From contig CAZEFG010000003.1 of the NCBI GenBank assembly GCA_964511355.1, forward strand, positions 1 to 31,753: DNA of 31,753 nucleotides, given 5' to 3'. Under the pieces are notes generated by a model. The model saw nothing but the letters and a program-made list of their open reading frames with translations, was not told the origin of the DNA and searched no databases. The position numbers were made by a program, and so were the translations under genes. This stretch comes from an uncultured Iamiaceae bacterium. GTDB taxonomy: Bacteria; Actinomycetota; Acidimicrobiia; Acidimicrobiales; SKKL01. This document shows, one piece after another, positions 1 through 8,282 of this stretch; the stretch's first letter is position 1, and every line of letters begins with the position of its first letter.

Positions 1-893
1 GTTACCGGGGAGACACCGCCCCAATCGTCGATCCCCGCCTCGACCAGGCGACCGAGATCGGCAGCCAGGTTGGGTGGCGCCTGGACGTGGACCTCGGGCG
101 GCAGGATGAGCCGAGCCAGCGCGATGGCCCGCAGGTGGGCCTCTTCAGGGCAGGGGTCGTGGCGCCACATGGCGGTGCCCGGCTTGGGCAGGAAGTTCTG
201 GACGATGACCTCTTGCACATGGCCGTAGCGACGGTGTGACCGGGCGATCGCTTCGAGCGCCTCCACCCGGTCGGATTCATCCTCTCCGATGCCCACCAAG
301 ATCCCGGTGGTGAACGGAACGGCCAGCTCGCCGGCGGCGTCGAGGGTGCCCAGGCGGCGAGCCGGTTCCTTGTCGGGCGACCCCCGGTGGGCGTCGAGGT
401 CCGAGCGCAGGGTCTCGACCATCATCCCCTGCGACGGACTGACCTTGCGGAGCTTCGCCAGCTCCTCGGCAAACAGGGCGCCTGCGTTGGCATGGGGCAA
501 CATGCCGGTGGTGTCGAGCACGACCCGGCACATGTCGGCCAGGTAGTCGACGGTTGATTCATAACCGTGGGCTTCAAGCCATTCGGCCGCCACGGGATAC
601 CGCAGCTCGGGGCGCTCGCCCAGGGTGAAGAGGGCCTCGTGACAGCCGACCTCGGCTCCTGCCCGCGCGACGGCCAACACCTGATCGCGGGTGAGGTAGG
701 GCGACTCGAGGCGGGCGGGTGGCTGGGCGAAGGTGCAGTAGCCGCACTTGTCGCGGCACAGCATGGTGAGGGGGATGAACACCTTGGGCGAGTAGGTGAT
801 GCGGTTGCCGAACTGCCTGTCGCGGATCGCCCGGGCGGCGGCGGTGAGCTCGGCCGTGGTCAGGCCAGCCAGGTCGGTGGGGTTGCTCGGCAC
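1..893 (-). CDS. cofG: F0 synthase subunit CofG (7,8-didemethyl-8-hydroxy-5-deazariboflavin synthase, radical SAM); 3' end runs off the left edge
   Basis: Absent from the ORF track (no stop in the window). Hand translation from GTG at 893: VPSNPTDLAGLTTAELTAAARAIRDRQFGNRITYSPKVFIPLTMLCRDKCGYCTFAQPP (CxxxCxxC, TYSPKVFIPLT); at the left edge GIDDWGGVSPVT, typical of CofG/FbiC. AGGA lies upstream of the start. Cannot tell whether it is fused to CofH. Confidence 0.95.
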   Translation of the reverse strand, partial: MPSNPTDLAGLTTAELTAAARAIRDRQFGNRITYSPKVFIPLTMLCRDKCGYCTFAQPPARLESPYLTRDQVLAVARAGAEVGCHEALFTLGERPELRYPVAAEWLEAHGYESTVDYLADMCRVVLDTTGMLPHANAGALFAEELAKLRKVSPSQGMMVETLRSDLDAHRGSPDKEPARRLGTLDAAGELAVPFTTGILVGIGEDESDRVEALEAIARSHRRYGHVQEVIVQNFLPKPGTAMWRHDPCPEEAHLRAIALARLILPPEVHVQAPPNLAADLGRLVEAGIDDWGGVSPV

Positions 894-937
894 GGAGGTT
901 CCTAGAGGGTCGGGGTTCAGCAAGGTCTGGTTCAGGA

Positions 938-1390
938 TCAGGAAACGGCCGACAGCGAACCAGGCCCTGGTCGGCTGCGGATGTGCCCGGGGCTGACCGG
1001 TTCGTCGCAGCTGGGACAGCGAGGCTGGCGCTCAATGGGCGTACCGCACTGGTCGTGGAAGAGCTCGACCGGTGGGCCCGCCTCGGCGTACCAGTGATCG
1101 CCCCAGGCCATGAGCGAGATGAGCGCCGGCGACAGGTCGGCCCCCTTGCGGGTGAGTCGGTACTCGTTGCGCACCGGGCGCTGCTGGTACGGCACCTTCT
1201 CGACCAGCTCGTGGTCGTGTAGACGGTTGAGGCGATCGGTCAGCAGGTTGCGGGCAATGCCGAGATCAGACTGCAACTCGCTGAACCGGCGAACACCGCG
1301 AAAGAGGTCGCGCAGGATCAACAACGTCCACCGGTCGCCAACGATGTCGAGGGTTGCGGCGATGGAGCATGCCGGCTCAGTCGGTCCCAT
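938..1390 (-). CDS. HxlR-family winged helix-turn-helix transcriptional regulator
   Basis: CSIAATLDIVGDRWTLLILRDLF..G.RRFSEL...LGIARNLLTDRL and EYRLTRKGADL..L..WGDHW match the family; N-terminal Cys8; C-terminal HxxC..CxxC tail. Confidence 0.95.
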   Translation of the reverse strand: MGPTEPACSIAATLDIVGDRWTLLILRDLFRGVRRFSELQSDLGIARNLLTDRLNRLHDHELVEKVPYQQRPVRNEYRLTRKGADLSPALISLMAWGDHWYAEAGPPVELFHDQCGTPIERQPRCPSCDEPVSPGHIRSRPGPGSLSAVS

Positions 1391-1398
1391 GGGTGGCG

Positions 1399-1428
1399 AA
1401 GCTAGGGGGAGTGAGTTGCGATTTGCAA
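1399..1428 (-). promoter_or_regulatory. Candidate primary-sigma promoter for hxlR-cofG (-35 TTGCAA, -10 TAGCTT)
   Basis: On the minus strand TTGCAA (1428-1423), 18-nt spacer, TAGCTT (1404-1399), then 8 nt to ATG 1390. Confidence 0.6.
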
Positions 1429-1435
1429 CTCACTC
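1409..1435. promoter_or_regulatory. Perfect inverted repeat GAGTGAGTTGC-N5-GCAACTCACTC; probable HxlR operator
   Basis: 11-bp arms at 1409-1419 and 1425-1435, 5-bp spacer, 18 bp upstream of the HxlR start; covers a candidate -35. Confidence 0.8.
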
Positions 1436-2446
1436 TCTGGCCCACCATCCGTTGGGGTCGCCATACCCGTTCCCCTCCCGGTCCTCCCCTCCGCCGAGGG
1501 CGCCGACGTCGATCACCGACACCTCCGAACGCGGCGGCGCCTCGATCGTGACCCCCGAGTCGAGGTCGAACCATTCGACCTCGTGTCGTAGCCGTAGCTG
1601 GGCGATCCCGGCGTCGGTGCCGTCGACCCGGCGAGCGATCTCCGCCACGGCGTCGCGGTCGAGCTCTACCACCAGCCGCCGGGCACGCCCGCGGCCGTCG
1701 ATCCACACGTCGAAACGCACCAGGCGGTCGAGCACGTCGCTCGGCACCGCTGAGCCGTCGATCCCGGTGAGCGGCCCGAGCCCCGAGCCCGCACCAGCTG
1801 CGGTCGCCTCCCCTGGCGTACCCATGCCCGCCAACGCGTCCGGGTCGAGCCAACCCGAATAGAGGGTCGTGGTATCACCCTCGATCACGTCGCCGTCGAC
1901 GGCTACCACGCCGGCCCCTACGTGATTGAGCAGGTCGAGGAGCGCGTCGGGTCGGACGATCCCGGCATCGACCAGCACGTCGTCGAGCGAGCCCGGCAGC
2001 AGGATCCACCCGCGGGCATCCGCCTTCACAAAGACCAGACCCGATGCCGCCCGCACCACCAGCTCGTCGCCGAGACCCGGCGGGACACCGTCGAGCACGC
2101 TGCCCTGGGCGCTCGCCAACAGTCGCTTCAGGTCGAGCGCCGCCTCGAACGAACCGGTGCCCTCATCGAAGGCTCCTACGACGACCGATTCGATCACGGA
2201 ATCGCCTTCGATTCCTGCCTCGCTGCGCACTCGGAATCGTCCCGAACCCTGAGGCTGCGACGCCACCTGGCCCACGTCAAGATCGGCGGGCCCGGTTTGC
2301 TGCGCCACCGCCTCGGCCGCTTCTGCGGCTCCGGCGGCACCGCCGGCTGAGCGCTCAGGCGAACCCACACACGCTGAAATCGCGATCAGCAACCCTGCCA
2401 CGGCGGCCACGTTCATCGCCATGCGCCATCTCTGTCTCCAAACCAT
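1430..2446 (-). CDS. Lipoprotein, LppX/LprAFG-like (LolA-type fold suspected)
   Basis: Basic N-region, hydrophobic stretch, lipobox ISAC (Cys26); GDVIEGDTTTLYSGWLD, FDVWIDGRGRARRL and C-terminal VTIEAPP resemble LppX/LprAFG-like lipoproteins. Confidence 0.7.
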   Translation of the reverse strand: MVWRQRWRMAMNVAAVAGLLIAISACVGSPERSAGGAAGAAEAAEAVAQQTGPADLDVGQVASQPQGSGRFRVRSEAGIEGDSVIESVVVGAFDEGTGSFEAALDLKRLLASAQGSVLDGVPPGLGDELVVRAASGLVFVKADARGWILLPGSLDDVLVDAGIVRPDALLDLLNHVGAGVVAVDGDVIEGDTTTLYSGWLDPDALAGMGTPGEATAAGAGSGLGPLTGIDGSAVPSDVLDRLVRFDVWIDGRGRARRLVVELDRDAVAEIARRVDGTDAGIAQLRLRHEVEWFDLDSGVTIEAPPRSEVSVIDVGALGGGEDREGNGYGDPNGWWARE

Positions 2447-2509
2447 GCCCTGACCTCATTCCGGCTTCGACCGGCCCATTGGCGCGGTCGCTGAAGTGGA
2501 GGTCAGGGC
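2447..2509 (-). promoter_or_regulatory. Nested stem-loop abutting the lipoprotein start codon
   Basis: Perfect 11-bp arms at 2447-2457 and 2499-2509, plus an inner CGACCG/CGGTCG stem; on the minus strand the 3' arm reads GAGGTCAGGGC-ATG. Confidence 0.45.
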
Positions 2510-2736
2510 CCGAGATCGACACCGACGAGAGGAGGTCGACCAGGTCGACGAGTTGCCGCCTCGACAGCCGCACGAGCGGACAACCCGGCCATGCTGGCAA
2601 ACCTCGACGGCGCCCGCAAGGGCCAAATTGCCACAGAGCAGCGGCCGCGGCGGACGGACGGGGGCCTGGGAGCCGTACACTCAGCCGGGAGCGTGCGGCA
2701 AGAGGCATGCGGCACAGGACCAGGCTCGGAAACCCC

Positions 2737-3729
2737 ATGAACGCGACCAACCAGGAACGACGACGCAGGTGGGTCCTGCCTTTGCGCATCGCGGTCAGCG
2801 TTGCGCTACTGGCGGTGCTGTTCACCCAGGTTGACGACATCGACCCGTCCCAGATCCTCCCCCGCTGGTCGCTCAGCTCGGCACTGTGGCTGGCCGGTGC
2901 CGCCGTACTGACCTTCGCGGGCATCGCGCTGTCGACCGCTCGCTGGCACCAGGTCCTCACCGCCATGGGCGTCCACAGCCGCTGGCGGCATCTCTTCACC
3001 CACTACCTGGCCGGCCAGTTCGTCTCCAACGTGTTGCCGACCACCATCGGCGGCGATGTCCTGCGGGTGTCGCGGCTGTCCCGCGAGAACAACCAGGCGC
3101 CGAAGACCTTCGCCTCGGTCGTCCTCGAACGGCTCAGCGGATGGATCGTGCTCCCCCTCATCACCTTCCTCGGACTCGCCGCCAACCCTGGGCTACGGGA
3201 GCTCGGTCGGGCGACCTCGGCGGCGTTCCTCATCGCCGTGGGGACCCTGCTCGGGCTGATCCTGGTCATAACGTTGGTCGCCGACCGTCGCATGGGCGGC
3301 CGTTTTTCGCATCACGAGGGTTGGCAACGCTTCGCCGGAGCCGTCCACCTCGGCATCACCAACCTTCGTGAACACCCCTCGGCCGCCGCGGCTGTCATCG
3401 GGGTCGGCGTCGCCTACCAGCTGGTGATGGTCATGGCCGCCGTGATGGCCAGTCGCGCCCTCGGAACCTCAGCGGTGGGCCTCACCGCCATGCTCACCTT
3501 CTTGCCGGCAGTGCTCATCATCCAGGTTCTACCGATCGGGATCTCGGGTCTGGGGCTTCGCGAAGCCGCCTTCGTGCTGTTCCTCGGGCCTCTTGGCGTG
3601 TCAGCAGAACAAGCCATCGGCCTCGGCCTGCTCCTGTACCTGCTCAACGTCGTCACCAGCCTGCCGGGAGCCCCGGCCTTTGCGTTCGGCGCCCGTCGCC
3701 GACCCTCCACTCCGAGCTTGTCGACATGA
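2737..3729 (+). CDS. Lysylphosphatidylglycerol synthase TM-domain / UPF0104 flippase-like membrane protein
   Basis: Multi-pass protein with RWHQVL, YLAGQFVSNVLPTTIGGDVLR, SVVLERLSG and PIGISGLGLREAAF motifs. Start moved from the track's 2044 to ATG 2737 (in-frame ATG 2707 is an alternative); the upstream frame overlaps the opposite-strand lipoprotein. Confidence 0.88.
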   Translation: MNATNQERRRRWVLPLRIAVSVALLAVLFTQVDDIDPSQILPRWSLSSALWLAGAAVLTFAGIALSTARWHQVLTAMGVHSRWRHLFTHYLAGQFVSNVLPTTIGGDVLRVSRLSRENNQAPKTFASVVLERLSGWIVLPLITFLGLAANPGLRELGRATSAAFLIAVGTLLGLILVITLVADRRMGGRFSHHEGWQRFAGAVHLGITNLREHPSAAAAVIGVGVAYQLVMVMAAVMASRALGTSAVGLTAMLTFLPAVLIIQVLPIGISGLGLREAAFVLFLGPLGVSAEQAIGLGLLLYLLNVVTSLPGAPAFAFGARRRPSTPSLST

Positions 3730-4622
3730 CCGCGTCCGACCGCGACGCGGTGCAACCCGAGGCCGACGATTCCGACGTCATCGGCCCCGAACTCGCCGCC
3801 CAGGCAAAGACCACCCACGCCGACCGGCTGCGATGGTGGCGAGAAGTCCTCTACATCGCCAGCTTCTACGCGATCTACACCTTTATCCGGAACCAGTTCG
3901 GGTCAGCCCGGGTCGACAGCCTCCAGGCGTACCAGAACGCCCAGCGCATCATCGACCTGGAATCGATGTTCGGCCTCTACCACGAAGCCACCATCCAGAG
4001 TTGGTTCCTCGGCTGGAAGCTGTTCATCCAGTTCTGGAACGTCTTCTACGGCACCTTCCACTTCGGGGTCACCCTCGGCGTCTTGGCCTGGCTGTTCGTA
4101 CGGCACCGTCGCTTCTACGCCATTTGGCGCAACACCTTGGCCTTCACCACCGGCTTGGCGCTCGTCGGCTTCACGCTCTTTCCGCTCATGCCGCCTCGCC
4201 TGCTGTGCGACTGCGAGTGGGGCGCCGCCGACGCCGACCCAGCCTTCGTCGAAGCCGACCACCCCTACGTCGACACGCTCGCTGAGTACGGGGGGCTGTG
4301 GTCGTTCAACGAGGGCGCGATGGCCAAGGTCTCGAACCAGTACGCCGCCATGCCCAGCCTGCATTTCGCCTGGTCAGCGTGGTGTGCGTTGGCCCTATGG
4401 TCCCGTGTTCGCCACGGATTCACCCGGTTCCTCGCCGCCCTCTACCCGGCGGCGACCCTGTTCGCCATCGTCGTCACCGCCAACCACTTCTGGCTCGACG
4501 CGGTCGGCGGCGCGGTGGTCCTGGCCGTGGGCTACCAGCTCGGGTCGCGGGTGGCCCAATGGAACGAGCGTCGCATCGCGCGCGAGATCGACGCCGAGAC
4601 CCCTGAGCCCGCCCCAACCTGA
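3726..4622 (+). CDS. Phosphatase PAP2 family membrane protein (PAP2_3, Aur1/IPC-synthase-like)
   Basis: LFPLMPPRL, YAAMPSLHFAWS and TANHFWLDAVGG catalytic motifs; ATGA overlap with the upstream gene. Confidence 0.9.
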   Translation: MTASDRDAVQPEADDSDVIGPELAAQAKTTHADRLRWWREVLYIASFYAIYTFIRNQFGSARVDSLQAYQNAQRIIDLESMFGLYHEATIQSWFLGWKLFIQFWNVFYGTFHFGVTLGVLAWLFVRHRRFYAIWRNTLAFTTGLALVGFTLFPLMPPRLLCDCEWGAADADPAFVEADHPYVDTLAEYGGLWSFNEGAMAKVSNQYAAMPSLHFAWSAWCALALWSRVRHGFTRFLAALYPAATLFAIVVTANHFWLDAVGGAVVLAVGYQLGSRVAQWNERRIAREIDAETPEPAPT

Positions 4623-4702
4623 GGCCGAACGGGGGCTGAGACAAGCACACTCGCCTACCTGCCGACGTGCCGCTTCGAGGTTGTAGGGCTACCGTTTCGA
4701 TT

Positions 4703-6592
4703 GTGGCTCCTCGTCCTGATCTCCCCACTTCCGAGCCGCGGGCCCTGCTCGCCGGGATCGACTCACCGGACGACCTCACCGACCTCACCTACGCCCAGCT
4801 CGACCAACTAGCCACCGAGATCCGTGAATTCGTGGTCGATGCCGTCAACACCACCGGCAGCGGCCACTTGGGCTCGAACCTCGGCGCGGTCGAACTCACC
4901 ATCGCTCTGCACCGGGTCTTTCGCTCACCCGACGACATCTTGCTGTGGGACACCGGCCACCAGGCCTACGTACACAAGATCCTCACCGGCCGCCGCGACC
5001 AATTCTCCGGTCTGCGCCAGGCGGGCGGCCTCTCCGGGTATCCCAGCGGCGACGAGTCGCCCCACGACTGGATCGAGAACAGCCACGCCTCCACCGCCAT
5101 CAGCTACGCCCACGGCCTGGCCACCGCCCAACAAGCCGAAGGCGGCGACGGCCGACGCGTCATCGCGGTGATCGGCGACGGTTCGATGACGGGGGGGATG
5201 GCCTATGAGGGGTTGAACAACCTCGGCCATAGCGGGCGCGACGCCATCATCGTCCTCAACGACAACGGCCGTTCCTACGCCCCCACCGTGTCGCGCCTGG
5301 GCGAGTCGCTCAATCGCCTGCGCGCCAACCCCCTCTATGTCCGGGAGAGCACCCGGCTCGAACGGATCCTGCGTCGCATCCCCCTGTTCGGACGGTTCCT
5401 CAAACGGGGTTACAACGCCACCCGCACCGCCGCGCGCGAGTTCTGGACCGAGCCGGTCACCTTGTTCGAACAGCTCGGGCTTCAGTACTACGGACCCTTT
5501 CCCGGCCACGACATCCGTGAGCTCGAGAAGGTGCTGCGTCACGCCGCCGAGCGCCAGGGCCCCCAGATCATCCATGTGGTCACCCAGAAGGGCCGAGGCT
5601 ACGCCCCCGCCGAGAACGACCACATCAAGAACCTGCACGACATCGGCGGAGTCAAGCCCGGCAGCTACACCGCCGCCTTCACCGAGGCGCTCATAAAGGC
5701 CGGCGAGGAACACCCCGAGCTGGTGGCCATCACCGCCGCCATGCCCGACTCCACCGGACTGCTGCCCTTCGCCGAACGTTTCCCCGGGCGGATGATCGAT
5801 GTCGGAATCGCCGAACAGCACGCGGTCACCTCGGCAGCCGGTATGGCCATGGGCGGCTTGGTCCCGGTGTTCGCGGTGTACTCCACGTTCCTCACCCGGG
5901 CCATCGACCAGGTGAACCTCGACGTGGCCCTGCACGGCCAGAAGGTCATCTTCTGTCTCGACCGGGCCGGGGTCACCGGCGATGACGGGCCGTCCCACCA
6001 CGGCGTGCTCGACATGGTGCTGCTCACCAAGGTTCCAGGGATGACCGTCCTGGCGCCGTCGTCGTACCAGGAGCTACAGGCCATGCTCCACGACGCGATC
6101 TCGATCGCCAGCGGTCCGGTCGCCATCCGTTGGCCCAAGACGGCCGCGCGCAACGTCACCGCCGACGAGCTCGGTATCGGTTTCAGCGCCCGCCGCTGGC
6201 GCCAAGGCCCCGACGTGTGCCTCATCGGGGTGGGCAAGATGCTCGAGGCCGCGCTCGGAGCCGCCGAGTTGTTGGCCGCCGAAGGTATCGAGGCCACGGT
6301 GTGGGACCCTCGGGCGGTCACTCCTCTCGACCCCGCCATGATCGCCGATGCCGCTGCTCACCCCCTGGTGGTCACGATCGAGGACGGCTACCGCGATGGT
6401 GGGGCAGGTTCTCTCATCGCCGATGCCGTCGATGCGAACGCCCAGGCCGGGGGCGTCACCGCCCCGCCCGTGGCGGTTCTCGGGGTCCCGACCCGGTTCA
6501 TTCCCCACGCCAAACCCGACGTGATCCTGGCCGAGCTCGGGCTCGACGCCGAAGGCATCGCCGCTGAGGTCCGCCGCCGTCGGGCCGGCTGA
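4703..6592 (+). CDS. dxs: 1-deoxy-D-xylulose-5-phosphate synthase
   Basis: GHLGSNLGAVELTIALH, WDTGHQAYVHKILTGR, GDGSMTGGMAYEGLNN, DVGIAEQHAV, DRAGVTGDDGPSHHG. Start placed at GTG 4703 because TACCGT (4690-4695) lies 7 nt upstream. Confidence 0.97.
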   Translation: MAPRPDLPTSEPRALLAGIDSPDDLTDLTYAQLDQLATEIREFVVDAVNTTGSGHLGSNLGAVELTIALHRVFRSPDDILLWDTGHQAYVHKILTGRRDQFSGLRQAGGLSGYPSGDESPHDWIENSHASTAISYAHGLATAQQAEGGDGRRVIAVIGDGSMTGGMAYEGLNNLGHSGRDAIIVLNDNGRSYAPTVSRLGESLNRLRANPLYVRESTRLERILRRIPLFGRFLKRGYNATRTAAREFWTEPVTLFEQLGLQYYGPFPGHDIRELEKVLRHAAERQGPQIIHVVTQKGRGYAPAENDHIKNLHDIGGVKPGSYTAAFTEALIKAGEEHPELVAITAAMPDSTGLLPFAERFPGRMIDVGIAEQHAVTSAAGMAMGGLVPVFAVYSTFLTRAIDQVNLDVALHGQKVIFCLDRAGVTGDDGPSHHGVLDMVLLTKVPGMTVLAPSSYQELQAMLHDAISIASGPVAIRWPKTAARNVTADELGIGFSARRWRQGPDVCLIGVGKMLEAALGAAELLAAEGIEATVWDPRAVTPLDPAMIADAAAHPLVVTIEDGYRDGGAGSLIADAVDANAQAGGVTAPPVAVLGVPTRFIPHAKPDVILAELGLDAEGIAAEVRRRRAG

Positions 6593-6607
6593 GCCCGAAA
6601 CCCGACC

Positions 6608-7519
6608 GTGGCGGTAATCGAGGTCGAAGGGCTGGTCAAGCGTTACGGCGAGGTGACGGCGGTCGATGGCGTCTCTCTGCAGGTCGAGGCGGGCGAGATC
6701 TTCGGAATTCTCGGCCCCAACGGGGCGGGCAAGACCACAACCGTCGAGTGCCTCCAGGGCCTCCGACGCGCCGACGGTGGCCGATTGCGGGTCCTGGGGC
6801 TCGACCCCGACCGCGATCAGCGGAACCTACGGCCGCGCCTCGGATCGCAACTCCAGGAGTCGGCCCTGCCGGATCGGATGCGGGTGTGGGAGGCGCTCGA
6901 CCTGTTCTCTGCCGTGCGGGCCGATGGACCTGACTGGCGAGATGTCCTCGACACCTGGGGTCTGGCCGGTGTCGCCCGGTCGTCGTTCGCGTCGCTGTCG
7001 GGTGGTCAGCGCCAGCGACTATTCGTCGCCTTGGCTTTGGTCAATCGGCCCGAGCTCGTGTTTCTCGACGAGCTGACCCAGGGGCTCGACCCGGCGGCCC
7101 GACGGGTGGCCTGGGATCTCATCCGCCGGGTGCGCGACGACGGAGCCACCGTGGTGTTGGTCACCCACCACATGGATGAAGTCGAGCGTCTTTGCGATCG
7201 GGCCGCCATCATCAACCACGGACGGCTGGTGGCCCAGGGGACCCCGACCGAACTGGCGAGGATGGGAGGCGACGCCGTCACGGTGCGGTTCAGTACGACC
7301 GTTGCCCAACTGCCCGACCTTGAGTCGATCGCCGGGGTCGAAGCGGTCGTCCGCAACGGGCTTCAGGTCGAGGTGGTGGGGACCGGTCCGGTCCTCGCGT
7401 TGGTGGCGGCCCGCCTCGTCGACTCCGGGATCGTCCCGGATGACCTGCGGGCCGAACACCGGTCGCTCGAAGACGTGTACCTGGAATTGACCGCGCCACC
7501 GGCCGAGGGACATCCATGA
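6608..7519 (+). CDS. ABC transporter ATP-binding protein (DrrA/CcmA-like exporter)
   Basis: Walker A GPNGAGKTT, signature LSGGQRQR, Walker B VFLDE, H-loop VTHHMDE. Confidence 0.95.
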   Translation: MAVIEVEGLVKRYGEVTAVDGVSLQVEAGEIFGILGPNGAGKTTTVECLQGLRRADGGRLRVLGLDPDRDQRNLRPRLGSQLQESALPDRMRVWEALDLFSAVRADGPDWRDVLDTWGLAGVARSSFASLSGGQRQRLFVALALVNRPELVFLDELTQGLDPAARRVAWDLIRRVRDDGATVVLVTHHMDEVERLCDRAAIINHGRLVAQGTPTELARMGGDAVTVRFSTTVAQLPDLESIAGVEAVVRNGLQVEVVGTGPVLALVAARLVDSGIVPDDLRAEHRSLEDVYLELTAPPAEGHP

Positions 7520-8253
7520 GGCTGTGGGGCAAGTTGGCCTGGGTCGAGCTGAAGTTGTTCGGGCGCGAGCCGGTAGGGCTGCTGTTCACCTTCGCCTTCC
7601 CGGTGGTGGTCCTGGTGGTCCTGGCCGGGGTGTTCGGCAGCTACCCGACGGTCGACTTCGAGTCGGCCCGACCAGTCGACTACTACCTCGCCAGCTACCT
7701 GGCCGTGGTCATCGCAGCCTTGAGCCTGGTGGCCCTGGCGGTCCATGTCACCACCTACCGCGAACGAGGGGTGCTGCGACGGCTGCGGGCGTCGTCGGTT
7801 CCGCCGACCACCCTGTTCGGCGCCCAGACCCTGGTGTCGTTCGTGTTGGCGGCGGGCGGGGCGGTTCTGTTGGTAGCCGTCGGCACCGTCGTCTACGACA
7901 CCAACCCGCCCGAGCGTCCGGCCGCGGCGCTGGCGGGCTTCGTCCTCGCCACCTTCGCCTTTTTGGCGCTGGGCTTTCTGATCGGGAACCTGGCCCGCAC
8001 CGCCCGTGCCGCCCAGGCCATAGGCATGCTGTTGTTCTTCCCCATGTGGTTGCTGTCGGGGGCCGGTCCGCCGCCCGCGGTGATGTCGGACGCCATGCAG
8101 AAGCTGGCCGAACTGTTGCCTCTCACCTACGCGGTACGGGCCATTCAGGACCCATGGCTGGGCCAGGCCATCCCTTGGGGATCGTGGGCGGTCCTGACGA
8201 TGATGCTCGCCGTGTCTACGGCGTGGTCCATCCGGTCAGCACGCGCCGCCTGA
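7516..8253 (+). CDS. ABC-2 type transporter permease
   Basis: About six hydrophobic segments, YRERGVLRRLRASSV motif, LPLTYAV..I; ATGA overlap with the ATPase gene. Confidence 0.93.
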   Translation: MRLWGKLAWVELKLFGREPVGLLFTFAFPVVVLVVLAGVFGSYPTVDFESARPVDYYLASYLAVVIAALSLVALAVHVTTYRERGVLRRLRASSVPPTTLFGAQTLVSFVLAAGGAVLLVAVGTVVYDTNPPERPAAALAGFVLATFAFLALGFLIGNLARTARAAQAIGMLLFFPMWLLSGAGPPPAVMSDAMQKLAELLPLTYAVRAIQDPWLGQAIPWGSWAVLTMMLAVSTAWSIRSARAA

Positions 8254-8282
8254 GGCCGACTCGCTCCGAGCGAAGACGGGGA

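Noticed and set aside
914-941. Short direct repeats GGTTCAG/GGATCAG between hxlR and cofG
   Set aside because: 7-mers with irregular spacing; compatible with chance.
2044-2736. 231-aa N-terminal extension of the flippase-like ORF
   Set aside because: Low-complexity, overlaps the opposite-strand lipoprotein; family similarity begins only near 2737.
8261-8273. Palindrome TCGCTC-C-GAGCGA between the ABC permease and nfuA
   Set aside because: Effective stem only 5 bp with no U-tract; too weak to call a terminator.
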